In this document: in pieces, positions 36,166 through 46,081 of the stretch
Numbering within the stretch: the first letter of the stretch is position 1
Layout of the letters: the number at the start of each line of letters is the position of its first letter
Source: a virus
Strand: one strand, 5' to 3'
Length of the DNA stretch: 64,000 nucleotides
IMG/VR virus record: IMGVR_UViG_3300023177_000002
Translations under genes and position numbers: made by a program
Notes under the pieces: generated by a model
The model's database searches: none
Told to the model about the DNA's origin: nothing
Seen by the model: only the letters and a program-made list of their open reading frames with translations

Positions 36166-36239
36166 TAGCGCTAGCCGGGATTGAACCGGCCTTTTGACCT
36201 TGAAAGAGTCGTGTCCTAACCAACTAGACGATAGCGCCA
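36166..36239 (-). tRNA. tRNA-Glu (anticodon TTC)
   Basis: acceptor GGCGCTA/TAGCGCT, stem CGACT/GGTCA, loop CTTTCAA, T-arm GCCGGTTCAATCCCGGC. Confidence 0.75.
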
Positions 36240-36514
36240 TTTATTACCGAGCTTACCCAGCTTTTTGTTTTATCCCGTCATTTCTCTATTGGCCTCTACC
36301 CGACCGTTATTAGACAAGAAGCGTGCCGTCCTGGGTCTGTTTGAGTTGCATACTTGCTGGTGGTGCGAACGAATAATGTGATGGCTTTGAATTACGTTCG
36401 GAAAGATAGCCACAAACTTCCTCAGTATATCTTGGTCACATTCTTCTCCCACTCGCTTCTTTGTATGAGCTGAAGTTCCTCACCGTGGTGTAACGGGTTC
36501 TCTTGTAATTTTTG

Positions 36515-36587
36515 TACCGCTAACGAGATTCGAACTCGTGTATTAAGATTGAGAATCTTATATCCTGGGCCACTAGATGATAGCGGC
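36515..36587 (-). tRNA. tRNA-Glu (anticodon CTC)
   Basis: acceptor GCCGCTA/TAGCGGT, stem TAAGA/TCTTA, loop TTCTCAA, T-arm ACGAGTTCGAATCTCGT. Confidence 0.7.
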
Positions 36588-36745
36588 GGTTTAGTTCACG
36601 GACCTTGTCAGTACGCCCCATAGATGGGGTCTGGATGGTGAACATAAATACCACCCACAGGGCATGACAGATGGGTTATCAAGTCCTACAATAAATGTGC
36701 GATATTTTTGTTCGAAGAATTGCATGTATTAATATACGTAATTTT

Positions 36746-37027
36746 TTATTTAGTGTCAAGCAAAATCGACATCAAACCATATAAACACATTAACTCCTGA
36801 TTCGGCCCATGGTATCCTCCGGATACATGATATGATGGAACAGGCGAAAGTGTTGTACGATTATTTTTAACGATTGCAGTAAATGGTTCAATATATATAA
36901 TCCCGCCCATGTTTTGGTAACAAGTAATTACTTCATGATCAAGAAGTTTATGTTTGTCAAGAAAGGTATAAAACATTTTTCTCAACTCTTCATCGGGAAT
37001 CAACGTAATAGCTTTTTGTATAGTCAT
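36746..37027 (-). CDS. hypothetical protein
   Basis: ORF. Confidence 0.35.
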   Translation of the reverse strand: MTIQKAITLIPDEELRKMFYTFLDKHKLLDHEVITCYQNMGGIIYIEPFTAIVKNNRTTLSPVPSYHVSGGYHGPNQELMCLYGLMSILLDTK

Positions 37028-37048
37028 TTTTTTTGGTGGTGCCTGTTG

Positions 37049-37390
37049 TCAGGCACCTATTTTTACACAAAGAAATCCATTATTTTTTGGTTTCACTGTT
37101 ATAACTTTGCCGATTAATTCGCCAATTGAACTAATATCCAAAGAAGCAAGTAATCGAGCCAAGTCGCTTGTAGCAAAAATTTGACCGTCTTGGTCAAAAT
37201 CCATCCATAAGCCTTGTGTAGGTTTGTTATCATCTTTACACCATATTTCGTTTACAGTGAATGAGCGCTGCCCATCAGTTACTTTAAGATATAACTTATT
37301 TCGCCCCATAGGGCGGCGTATTTCTAGGTTTTCAATTGTTACTTTTTTTAATGGACAACCTATTTTAAGGTTGTAATAATTCTGTATCAT
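37049..37390 (-). CDS. hypothetical protein
   Basis: ORF. Confidence 0.35.
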   Translation of the reverse strand: MIQNYYNLKIGCPLKKVTIENLEIRRPMGRNKLYLKVTDGQRSFTVNEIWCKDDNKPTQGLWMDFDQDGQIFATSDLARLLASLDISSIGELIGKVITVKPKNNGFLCVKIGA

Positions 37391-37637
37391 CCGTCTTTTT
37401 TTCGACTTTAACGTAACCTAGCTGCTCAAGCGTTTTTATACGTTTTTCTAATTCTATATTAGCTTGTTCAAAGGTTCCACGAAACTCGGCAGCCGGTTGG
37501 TTCCTAATTAATTCTGTTTTAGAAGGATCTACGATACCGTTTGACTGAATTAGTATCCACTCGTTATTTAATCCGGGTAGTAAATCCAATTCATGCCATT
37601 TTACAGGAATATCATCCCGTACACATTCATATCTCAC
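37365..37637 (-). CDS. hypothetical protein
   Basis: ORF. Confidence 0.35.
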   Translation of the reverse strand: MRYECVRDDIPVKWHELDLLPGLNNEWILIQSNGIVDPSKTELIRNQPAAEFRGTFEQANIELEKRIKTLEQLGYVKVEKKTDDTELLQP

Positions 37638-37640
37638 TAA

Positions 37641-39764
37641 TCATCCGTTACTTAAAATTGGTAATTCACATTGTCCGCCTGCGCATACTAATTCTTGCTG
37701 TAATGTAGTACTATCCTCTTCTTCTTTTAGTGTCTTGTAATTTACAGATTTGAACGAAGTTATAATAGTATCCCACAATTGTTTATCTTGCTCTGTTATC
37801 ACAGCTTCAAGTGGCGGTTGTTTGAAATCTTTATCACCTGTTTGTGCCAACAATGCTACAGCGGCGAAATTATTTTTGTTATTAAATAAATACTCACGCA
37901 CCTTGTCCCATTCATCAGCTTTTACTATGACTGTACATGATACGTTATGCGTAACATTTTTTCTATTAGCAACACTGGTTCCTGGTAATACCCAGTTTTG
38001 TTGTGTTGATTTAATGAGGTCTAAATGCGCTATGGCATCTAGATCTTTTTTTACTATCGCCCCTTCCGGAACCTCTATAGGAAAGGTGATTACATCGTCT
38101 GTTTTATTTGCGCTCCAAACCGACTCTTCGCTCATGTGCGGATTTGCGATTTTGAAGTGCATATATACCGGATCAAGTTTATTTACTTGCACCCGTCGAA
38201 AATATTTTTTTGCATGATGTGCATGTATACCAGACGCACTTCCCAATACTAAACTTGCGGTTCCTTCTGGTTTTATACACGTCACGCGGGCAGCTTGTTT
38301 TATATAAAGTTTCTCTGCCCACACTTTATTTGTTGCAACTGCTAATTGCGCAGCTTGTTTTTGATACGCAGGATTCAATAATATTTGAGGATTATCCATC
38401 ATACCGGTCATTGATACACCCAGCAATGCTTCATCTTCAGTTAGTTTTTTTGCGGCCGGTGATAAATAAGGAAAATATGTGTAGCCGGCCTGTAGTGTCC
38501 CAATGATTGTGGCAGCTTTTACACAAGTTAAATAATCATCTAGTGTATGTATTTCTGCACCATTAATGGAAGTTAAATTACAAAATTGTACGCCACAAAC
38601 ACCATCATCAGTTACCGGAATAAAGCCGATCTCTGCACATGGATTAGTACTCATCCATGGATGGTTACCAAATATAAACCCGGGTTCACCGAAATTTTTT
38701 GTTCGTTCGAATATTTCTTTAAACTCTTCTGAAGTTAACTGGTCTCGAAGTAACAAAACACTATTATTACTTCTTGCTCTATGTTTATAAACATCAAACC
38801 AACTTATACGTTGATTCTGTTGCAAATCAGATAAAGCCCAGTCATCTAGTTCTACCTCGATTTTTTGTTTGCCTGGGTATGCAGGATCTTCTAGTATTAC
38901 ATAACCTTCGTGTTTATTTGTTTTCGCGTTTAGCTCAAAACGACCTTTTTTATGTACAGTAAAGAATGCTTTTGCATTTATCATATCAATATCGTTTTTA
39001 TCGAATAATACTAACGTAGCACTTCGACGAATACCTCCACTTATTACTGCGTCGGCTACATGCATTAATATATCATATGCATTGATAGATTTTAAATTTA
39101 ATTGATGCAAATCCTCGATAATATGGTCTAATAAAAGTTTTATTTTTTTATGAGCATTCTTTAGACCTCTATATCCGGGAGCACGGCCACCACCCGTTTT
39201 TAACGGAGTGCCGGCAGAACGTATTTTACTGTAATCAAACACAATCTTTCTACCTGTGTATGCAGTATTTTTAAAATAACAGTTCAACAACGCTTCTAAA
39301 CTGTCGGCCCATCCTTCGATGGTATCTTCTACTGCGTAAGTAATGATTGTGCCTGTTTTGTCTTTTTCAGTTACTAAATTAGGTAATCGGCTAAGAAACA
39401 TATTTGATAAACCAATTCCTACGCCATTACCACATAATAACAAATAAAATATCTCCGAAAACGCACGAAGAGAATCAACATGGCGACAAGCACAATTGAA
39501 AATACGTGATTGATGTGCTTCAATCGCTTTGCCACCAAATTGTATTGATCTCATTGACGGTACTACACGTTTTACACGCACAAGGTCAAAAGCCCATTCG
39601 ATTTCTTTTTTATCTTCATCAGATAGAAATGAATAGTGTTTTTTGTGCATGGATTCAAGTCGTTTTATAGCCTCTTCCCAAGACTCTCTACGACCAGCTT
39701 TTTCATTGTAACGAGCATATTTGCTCGTAAAAATAAAATTGGATAATTCCTCTAAATAATTCAT
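37641..39764 (-). CDS. ribonucleotide reductase, probably class II (adenosylcobalamin-dependent, NrdJ-like)
   Basis: NPCAEIGF (NPCGEI-type active-site motif), 707 aa, C-terminal Cys pair CAGGQC, no small subunit gene nearby. Confidence 0.75.
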   Translation of the reverse strand: MNYLEELSNFIFTSKYARYNEKAGRRESWEEAIKRLESMHKKHYSFLSDEDKKEIEWAFDLVRVKRVVPSMRSIQFGGKAIEAHQSRIFNCACRHVDSLRAFSEIFYLLLCGNGVGIGLSNMFLSRLPNLVTEKDKTGTIITYAVEDTIEGWADSLEALLNCYFKNTAYTGRKIVFDYSKIRSAGTPLKTGGGRAPGYRGLKNAHKKIKLLLDHIIEDLHQLNLKSINAYDILMHVADAVISGGIRRSATLVLFDKNDIDMINAKAFFTVHKKGRFELNAKTNKHEGYVILEDPAYPGKQKIEVELDDWALSDLQQNQRISWFDVYKHRARSNNSVLLLRDQLTSEEFKEIFERTKNFGEPGFIFGNHPWMSTNPCAEIGFIPVTDDGVCGVQFCNLTSINGAEIHTLDDYLTCVKAATIIGTLQAGYTYFPYLSPAAKKLTEDEALLGVSMTGMMDNPQILLNPAYQKQAAQLAVATNKVWAEKLYIKQAARVTCIKPEGTASLVLGSASGIHAHHAKKYFRRVQVNKLDPVYMHFKIANPHMSEESVWSANKTDDVITFPIEVPEGAIVKKDLDAIAHLDLIKSTQQNWVLPGTSVANRKNVTHNVSCTVIVKADEWDKVREYLFNNKNNFAAVALLAQTGDKDFKQPPLEAVITEQDKQLWDTIITSFKSVNYKTLKEEEDSTTLQQELVCAGGQCELPILSNG

Positions 39765-40225
39765 TGATCGCTGCTACCAAATCCTTTATCACCACGTGCG
39801 GTGATTTTAAATTCATCTACCTTAACTAATTCGATGTCAGGTACCGCATGAAACGCAATTTGCGCCAATTTTGTACCAGCATCGATCATTTCTGGATAAT
39901 CACCGTGATTGTGTACGATCACCTTTACTTCACCGGTGTATCCAGCATCTATAACCCCAGCTTTCACTGTTATAGGACGTTGTAACGATACTCCACTGCG
40001 TTCATATATTTTGCCAAAATATCCTTTTGGAATATTGAACGCGATCCCAGTCTGAACGGCATCAAAGCCATTCGCAGCTAGTCTGATTTGCTTTACAGAA
40101 TACAAATCGTAGCATGCGTCTGTATCATGTGTTTTAGTTGGTAATATAGCTTTATCCGATAGCACTTTTACCGGGACTGTTATCGTCGAAGATACTTTTT
40201 GTTTCTTGTTTGAGTTTTTCTGCAT
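39761..40225 (-). CDS. dut: dUTP diphosphatase (dUTPase)
   Basis: GVIDAGYTGEVKVIVHN motif 3, trimeric dUTPase pattern. Confidence 0.8.
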   Translation of the reverse strand: MQKNSNKKQKVSSTITVPVKVLSDKAILPTKTHDTDACYDLYSVKQIRLAANGFDAVQTGIAFNIPKGYFGKIYERSGVSLQRPITVKAGVIDAGYTGEVKVIVHNHGDYPEMIDAGTKLAQIAFHAVPDIELVKVDEFKITARGDKGFGSSDQ

Positions 40226-40425
40226 ATTTTATATGTTTAATTAATTTTATTTTGTCTAAGCGTATATAAAGATCGGAATCAACACAGGCCCATTCTTTCG
40301 ATAGTGGATTAGTTGTTGGAATCGGAGATAATTTTCCCCATTCTACATCTATAGCCATAAACATACCAATAGACATGTGTGGCCAATCTTGTATAACAAT
40401 ACCTAAACATTCATTGTTAAAAGTG

Positions 40426-40938
40426 TCAAATGTCATTAAAATACTTTAAATAATTATCGATTTCCGTAAGCCATTTCTGGTCGAATTCAGCATAAGGAAG
40501 GCTTCGGCGTGAGGATTCATCATACCAATATTTTTTGACAAAAGCAAGTGGCGTGACAAACGCATGATCGACATGTAGTTTCTTAAAATGTATCAGAAAA
40601 AAGGCTGTTCCTCCACAGTCTTCAAAATACTCCAAAAATATTAATTGATGCTGTTTAATATTATTTAGAGGAAACGAAGTTTTACTTAACGTTTCTTTTG
40701 CATCAAAGGCTATACCTTGCCCTACAACGATTTCGTCATAATCAATGGAAGAGTACTTATTATGTTCTTTCATTGATCTTTTATAAATACCTGTGAAATC
40801 TACTGTACTTTGTTTTGGTATGAGCCCTTGGTTGGTAAGGAGAATAGGAACTTCAACCTTATTGATTACCGCAACTTTATTTTTGCGGTACTTAAGATTG
40901 GCTTGTTGTATCCTCTTCTCTAGTTGATTCATTGACAT
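40426..40938 (-). CDS. hypothetical protein
   Basis: ORF. Confidence 0.4.
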   Translation of the reverse strand: MSMNQLEKRIQQANLKYRKNKVAVINKVEVPILLTNQGLIPKQSTVDFTGIYKRSMKEHNKYSSIDYDEIVVGQGIAFDAKETLSKTSFPLNNIKQHQLIFLEYFEDCGGTAFFLIHFKKLHVDHAFVTPLAFVKKYWYDESSRRSLPYAEFDQKWLTEIDNYLKYFNDI

Positions 40939-41067
40939 CGATTGATACTACGATTCCTCTATCTTGGAATATTTTATATAATATATCCAAGAGTTTCTTT
41001 TGTGTATTAGGATTAGTGACAAAGTCAGCGGCGTCCTCTATAACTTTAATTTGGATCAGTAAGTCGT

Positions 41068-41763
41068 TCATCTTTTTCCTCGGACTTTATTTTTTCTGCT
41101 ATTTTTACTCCTGTGTCCACCAGTTCCAGAATTTTTTCCTTTTGGCTGTGCAATGAGTTTACTATTGCTTCGATCGACTCCACTATTTGTGTTACTATTT
41201 CCATTTTCTAATTCCTTTATTCTTTTTAATTCTTTTTCTACTTCTTCCGTAGTTAAAACATTTGTTGCTGAAGGAGCTAATGATACAGCACGGCGAGTTA
41301 TGGAGAACTCTCGTTCTTTATCTGTAAGTTTATCTTTTATTTTTACTTTTTTCTTTAATACCGGTTGCGCGCGAGCGCAGGATTCCGATACTGATATTAT
41401 TTTATACAGTTCATTATTTAACTTTGTATAGTCACCAATCTTAAATAATTTTTCTGCAGCTTTTGGTTTGATGTCGTTATTTATTTTGTATGTTCCAGGT
41501 ACTATCATGCCGATCGAAGCTAAATCATCTGTTTCTAATGATTTTATATTTTCATCTAAAACCATGTCTCTATGTATGACATTTTCAGAAGCTTCGTCTA
41601 CTACCTCTACATGAATTATACCTCTGTCTGAAATGGAAAGAGCAGCTTTTCGGGCTGCTCTTATCGCACTATCCTTTGTATCACGGCTACCCCTGTGGTT
41701 GCCGTTTATCTTGTACTGAAATTTCATGCTTTTTTCGTTTTTGATCAGCCAGGAATTCTTCAA
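41068..41763 (-). CDS. hypothetical protein with highly basic Gly/Lys/Arg-rich C-terminus
   Basis: C-terminal KGKNSGTGGHRSKNSRKNKVRGKR. Confidence 0.4.
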   Translation of the reverse strand: MKNSWLIKNEKSMKFQYKINGNHRGSRDTKDSAIRAARKAALSISDRGIIHVEVVDEASENVIHRDMVLDENIKSLETDDLASIGMIVPGTYKINNDIKPKAAEKLFKIGDYTKLNNELYKIISVSESCARAQPVLKKKVKIKDKLTDKEREFSITRRAVSLAPSATNVLTTEEVEKELKRIKELENGNSNTNSGVDRSNSKLIAQPKGKNSGTGGHRSKNSRKNKVRGKR

Positions 41764-41923
41764 AAGCTAATACATTCCTAAGTTCTGTATAATTACCTAG
41801 TATTTTATGATATTTTGTCAGAGTGATCTCTCCCTCTGCGTGACATGTACCACATCGTCTTCGTAATGCTTTTATTTTTCCTGTACCGTTACATCCGCCC
41901 GGGCATGGCATCGTGAGCTTCAT
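41687..41923 (-). CDS. small zinc-finger protein
   Basis: CPGGCNGTG...CGTCHAEG CxxCxGxG-like. Confidence 0.3.
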   Translation of the reverse strand: MKLTMPCPGGCNGTGKIKALRRRCGTCHAEGEITLTKYHKILGNYTELRNVLAFEEFLADQKRKKHEISVQDKRQPQG

Positions 41924-41929
41924 ATTACC

Positions 41930-42652
41930 TCATGAAATTAGTTGACGATTCTTATGTAATTGTTTTTTAATATACGAAAGATTGTACTTTGTAAATAAAT
42001 TTCGTATCTCTTCGTTTTTAATCTTATGTAACGTATTAGCATCTAACCACCGCATCAAATTAGTCGGTCTAAATTTTGCAAATGTGGGTGTCTGTAAAAT
42101 ACTACGTGCTACGAATCCATTTTTATCACTATGAACAGTGTAGCGTTTTATCCAGTTCATTGCTTCCCAGAAATTATTATCGTTGATGATCATTGCCAAG
42201 TTAAAGCTATATATGACTTCGTTCTTGTAATCGAACTGGTAATCATCGGCAAAGAAGCAAGCCAATATTTCGCTGGTTCCTTCGTACATTGTTTGCCACG
42301 ACCCAAAATTTCCGGCGGAATACTGGTAAAAGTGTATACATTCATGTAAGATTGTGGCCATAGGTATTATGAAATGCGGTACCGCAAGACCTTGAACGTA
42401 AGAAAATCCTTGAAATACCGCCGTATTCGTTCCATGATCAAATATTGCCGGTAACGTAGGTACAGCTGAATTTATTTCCTCTACCGTCGTTTGGCCCGGC
42501 TCTGTTCCATGCAACTTTGCGAATTGTTCTGGAGTCTTAGCAAAAATTATAGTAAACTTTTGCGGCGGCGTATACCCTAAATGATACGACAAAAATTGTA
42601 GTATCTCATTTATTTGTGAACGTGTTAAAGCTCTTTGTATGAATTTATCCAT
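41930..42652 (-). CDS. putative zinc metallopeptidase-like protein
   Basis: HECIH (HExxH) motif. Confidence 0.4.
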   Translation of the reverse strand: MDKFIQRALTRSQINEILQFLSYHLGYTPPQKFTIIFAKTPEQFAKLHGTEPGQTTVEEINSAVPTLPAIFDHGTNTAVFQGFSYVQGLAVPHFIIPMATILHECIHFYQYSAGNFGSWQTMYEGTSEILACFFADDYQFDYKNEVIYSFNLAMIINDNNFWEAMNWIKRYTVHSDKNGFVARSILQTPTFAKFRPTNLMRWLDANTLHKIKNEEIRNLFTKYNLSYIKKQLHKNRQLIS

Positions 42653-42694
42653 AATACATGAAGGCCTCGATATTTACCGAGGCCAATAAAGCTA

Positions 42695-43117
42695 TTAAGC
42701 TAAAAGACTGTTCTTTTTGCTTGCAACCGTTTCTTCGGTTATTTTGGCGTAGTTTTTTACTGTATTTGATGTTTGATCGTTTGGACCAATACGAATTTCT
42801 AACCAAGCATTCACCTTTGCACCTTGTAATGCATTGGCTATATCTTGTTCAGTAGCATTTACAGATTCAGCAATATTACTACCAATTGCTTCTAGAATTC
42901 CCTTTAACTTCCACAGGGATTTATCTGTTAATACAAAATTATCCCATACTAAACGACCTTTAAAGTCTCCATCGAGAATCTTCAAAGTCGCTTTGATCAT
43001 AGGATTACCACTATCTTTTGCAGTTGTTAACTCTGCTTTATCCACCGTTAGGTTATAACGGCCTTCTGGAATAGGATCAAAACTCGATCCCTTAACATCG
43101 CGTAAGTTATAGCTCAT
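42695..43117 (-). CDS. hypothetical protein
   Basis: ORF. Confidence 0.4.
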   Translation of the reverse strand: MSYNLRDVKGSSFDPIPEGRYNLTVDKAELTTAKDSGNPMIKATLKILDGDFKGRLVWDNFVLTDKSLWKLKGILEAIGSNIAESVNATEQDIANALQGAKVNAWLEIRIGPNDQTSNTVKNYAKITEETVASKKNSLLA

Positions 43118-43542
43118 TAATTATTAATACCTAGTTTTGCTTGTAGATCAGTAAGGAACTGCTTTGCCTCGTCTTCTTTCAGATCGAGTAGAGAACCAAC
43201 ATAATAGTCCTCCTGTAATTTATCTTTTAATTCCCGTTCCTCAAAATGTGGAATAATGTCACGAAGTTTTGTGAAAGTTTCTACTGTTATACCGCCGGTC
43301 ATCACGGTTTGACCATCTAGTGTTATAGCAACGGTACGGTTAGAAACTTGATTCAAGCGTTGTACCGCACGGAGTGCAACAGGTTCACGCTCTAGTTCTT
43401 TCATATCCAAGTACTTCGTTAACTCTTGATATGTGTATTCAAACTCTTTTGGTAATGTGTTAGTACGATCTTTTATAACTTTTGCTATTCTGGTATCATT
43501 TGGACCAAACATAAGTTCAAGGACTATGTCAAATAAATCCAT
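43117..43542 (-). CDS. hypothetical protein
   Basis: ORF. Confidence 0.4.
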   Translation of the reverse strand: MDLFDIVLELMFGPNDTRIAKVIKDRTNTLPKEFEYTYQELTKYLDMKELEREPVALRAVQRLNQVSNRTVAITLDGQTVMTGGITVETFTKLRDIIPHFEERELKDKLQEDYYVGSLLDLKEDEAKQFLTDLQAKLGINN

Positions 43543-43795
43543 GTGTTAGCTATAGTTTTATATATATCTATAGAGCAGACTGTATCATCTTCATACTTGA
43601 AGTCGGTTGTCAGTCGTTCGAGCGTTTCCGCTACGGAATTGTCCTTACTGGTTAAGGAGTTTCTCCGTTATTCCCGATTTTCCTATAAGATTTCTCTACA
43701 TAGGCCGCTATTTTATCCAATATTCGTGTTTTTATCTGTAATTTCAAGATAAACATATTTATTTTAAAAACGAATTGGACCAGTATATTTTCTTT

Positions 43796-44317
43796 TCATG
43801 TCAACGGTACTTCCTTTGGACCGTCTGGTTTTTTACCAATTATTTTCATGAATTCACTGCTCTCTGCAGAATATTCATTTTTTGATTTAGCTGTTACAAT
43901 GATATTAAGATCTAATGCTAACAACTTGTTTATAAAGGATTTTAAATCAGCCTGAAGCAACCGATAATCCATCGGTTGAAATGTATAATCAGGCTTTGCC
44001 TTTTTCACCCTTAGACGTTTTAGGTGTTTGTCTTGCAACAAGTCCCAGTATGCGGTCATACTGTCCAAAACAAATGTTTTTATTCCTGTGGGATCTTCGA
44101 TTAACTCATCGACGGCTCGATTTATTTCATCTATATCCGTTGTAAGTAATCGCGTCATTTCAAATTTGTCGACATAAAAATGTGTGCCACCTTCGATGTC
44201 GACTACGGCAGGAGATGGAAAGTATAGCGAAGTTAGCGTTTTCCCAACACCGCTTTCGCCGAATACATACATCTTTAACCGTCTATCGTCTTTAGTTGGT
44301 TTTTTAAATAAGCTCAT
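43796..44317 (-). CDS. small RecA-like P-loop ATPase (Sak4-like recombination protein)
   Basis: Walker A GESGVGKT in ~170-aa protein, next to exonuclease and MBL nuclease. Confidence 0.5.
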   Translation of the reverse strand: MSLFKKPTKDDRRLKMYVFGESGVGKTLTSLYFPSPAVVDIEGGTHFYVDKFEMTRLLTTDIDEINRAVDELIEDPTGIKTFVLDSMTAYWDLLQDKHLKRLRVKKAKPDYTFQPMDYRLLQADLKSFINKLLALDLNIIVTAKSKNEYSAESSEFMKIIGKKPDGPKEVPLT

Positions 44318-44320
44318 TAA

Positions 44321-44989
44321 TTATTTTACTATATAATCGATTATAATTTCGTATAACTTGTGAGTAGCCACAACATCGCCTAAACAATACTCGGCGATCT
44401 CTTTTATTTTTCCTTCATTATATGCTTGTTCGACATTTTCTGCGTGTATCTTGCCGTTTTTTGGTGATGGAATACCGAATGCCGCGCATGCATTTTTTAA
44501 ACTTAAAAATCCGTCTCGTCCAGACAATTGAAGCATTACATCAAAATGAGGAGGAAATGGATCAAAGCGTGTATATTGCAGAAAAGACGAATTCGTAGGT
44601 ATTATCCTATGTAACATACTTCGTCTAATAATAAAGGGGACATCGAATCTAACTGAGTTAAACCCAACGAAAACACCATTAAATACACTAATTGCTTTCC
44701 AAAATTTTTCTAAAATAACTTTTTCAGAAGAATCGGTGAGTGCCACTTTTGTGTCACTTGTAGAGTAATACATACCTATACAAATAATTTGTCCTAACAA
44801 AGGATCAGTAGCCATAATTTTACGGCGTTCGCTTGTAACATTGAGCAGTGGATTTGACTTCTGTGCCCTTTCTATCTTACGTGTTATCAGTTCTTCTAGT
44901 TCATCGGGCACAACATCCCGCGTAGGGATGGTTTCGATGTCGAAGGCTAATTGTTTATTAAAAACAGTTGTATCTTTTTGAAAAACCAT
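44321..44989 (-). CDS. DEDD-family 3'-5' exonuclease
   Basis: Exo I FDIETIP, Exo II FNSVRFDVPF, Exo III YCLGDV. Confidence 0.65.
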   Translation of the reverse strand: MVFQKDTTVFNKQLAFDIETIPTRDVVPDELEELITRKIERAQKSNPLLNVTSERRKIMATDPLLGQIICIGMYYSTSDTKVALTDSSEKVILEKFWKAISVFNGVFVGFNSVRFDVPFIIRRSMLHRIIPTNSSFLQYTRFDPFPPHFDVMLQLSGRDGFLSLKNACAAFGIPSPKNGKIHAENVEQAYNEGKIKEIAEYCLGDVVATHKLYEIIIDYIVK

Positions 44990-44996
44990 TTATACC

Positions 44997-45326
44997 TTAT
45001 ATTAAAATATCTTGAAATCCTAAATACTCATTTATTTTTAAAACTACCTGATCCACCATCTGAAGGTTCTGCAAGTTTTCACAGAATTCCAACTTCACTG
45101 GTTTCTTGTGGGTTAATGCAACGCTTATTAAGTTCTTTAATACCGGCGCCTGAACATCTTTACCAACTGCTATATGAAGATAGGTATTGCCAAGATGCAC
45201 AATAATGGTGTCTGACGATGATGTATATTCGTATACTTTGCCGACACGTTTGCCAATCAACTTTTTGTAGTCGTCGGAATGTTGCCCAAGTGAATAAACC
45301 GATTTAAAGAATGTTTTATATATCAT
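44997..45326 (-). CDS. hypothetical protein
   Basis: ORF. Confidence 0.35.
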   Translation of the reverse strand: MIYKTFFKSVYSLGQHSDDYKKLIGKRVGKVYEYTSSSDTIIVHLGNTYLHIAVGKDVQAPVLKNLISVALTHKKPVKLEFCENLQNLQMVDQVVLKINEYLGFQDILI

Positions 45327-46072
45327 GTCAATTCTAAGGGGGCATCAAATGGAGCAATATGAAATTTATTTTCAAGTGTTGCAAATTTCTTCATAAAATG
45401 CTCCTTAACTTTTTCGGGCGAATTAGTCCTTGGACTTATATGACCAATAACTATTCCCTTTGTCTTAGTCAAATCAAACTCAGATAAAAATTCTAAAGCC
45501 TGTGATGTACTAAGGTGACCAAAGTTGGAGCTAATACGATCCTTTAATAATTGGTCGTATCCGTCGTAAGTTGCCAATAATTCATCGTCATAATCGCATT
45601 CGATGAAAAAGGCGTTACAATGTTTTGTACGTTCTCGCATAGTTTTGCTGATGCTGCCAGTATCGGTTAAATAGCAGAGAAACGTATTTGTAGCGGGCTC
45701 TTCAATTATAAAACCCAGTGCAAACTTTGCGTCGTGTTTTGTTGAAAAAGGTTTAACTATCAAAGATTTAATTTGCAGTACAGATGTCTCATTTATATAT
45801 TTGATTTCACAATCATTTAAATCTGTTTCTTTTGCTTTGAAAACAGCTTCATGAATATATATAGGAACTTTGGTTTTACGCCCAACAGGGCCTGCGCCAA
45901 CAATATGATCGCTATGTTCGTGAGAAATAAACAGGGCGCTGAATTCCTTGTGCCCTGTTTTCTCAAAAACCCTTTTTGCCGATATACCGCAATCGATTAA
46001 GATGCGTGTATTATCGTTATAAATTAATGTGCAGTTCCCGGAACTCGAGGAACCCACAGGTAATATTTTCAT
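45323..46072 (-). CDS. metallo-beta-lactamase-fold hydrolase/nuclease
   Basis: ISHEHSDHIVG HxHxDH motif. Confidence 0.65.
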   Translation of the reverse strand: MKILPVGSSSSGNCTLIYNDNTRILIDCGISAKRVFEKTGHKEFSALFISHEHSDHIVGAGPVGRKTKVPIYIHEAVFKAKETDLNDCEIKYINETSVLQIKSLIVKPFSTKHDAKFALGFIIEEPATNTFLCYLTDTGSISKTMRERTKHCNAFFIECDYDDELLATYDGYDQLLKDRISSNFGHLSTSQALEFLSEFDLTKTKGIVIGHISPRTNSPEKVKEHFMKKFATLENKFHIAPFDAPLELT

Positions 46073-46081
46073 TACTTAATC

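Noticed and set aside
422-36587. CRISPR-like periodicity from the many similar tRNA T-arm strings
   Set aside because: Repeats are tRNA consensus segments, not identical direct repeats with unique spacers; no cas genes.
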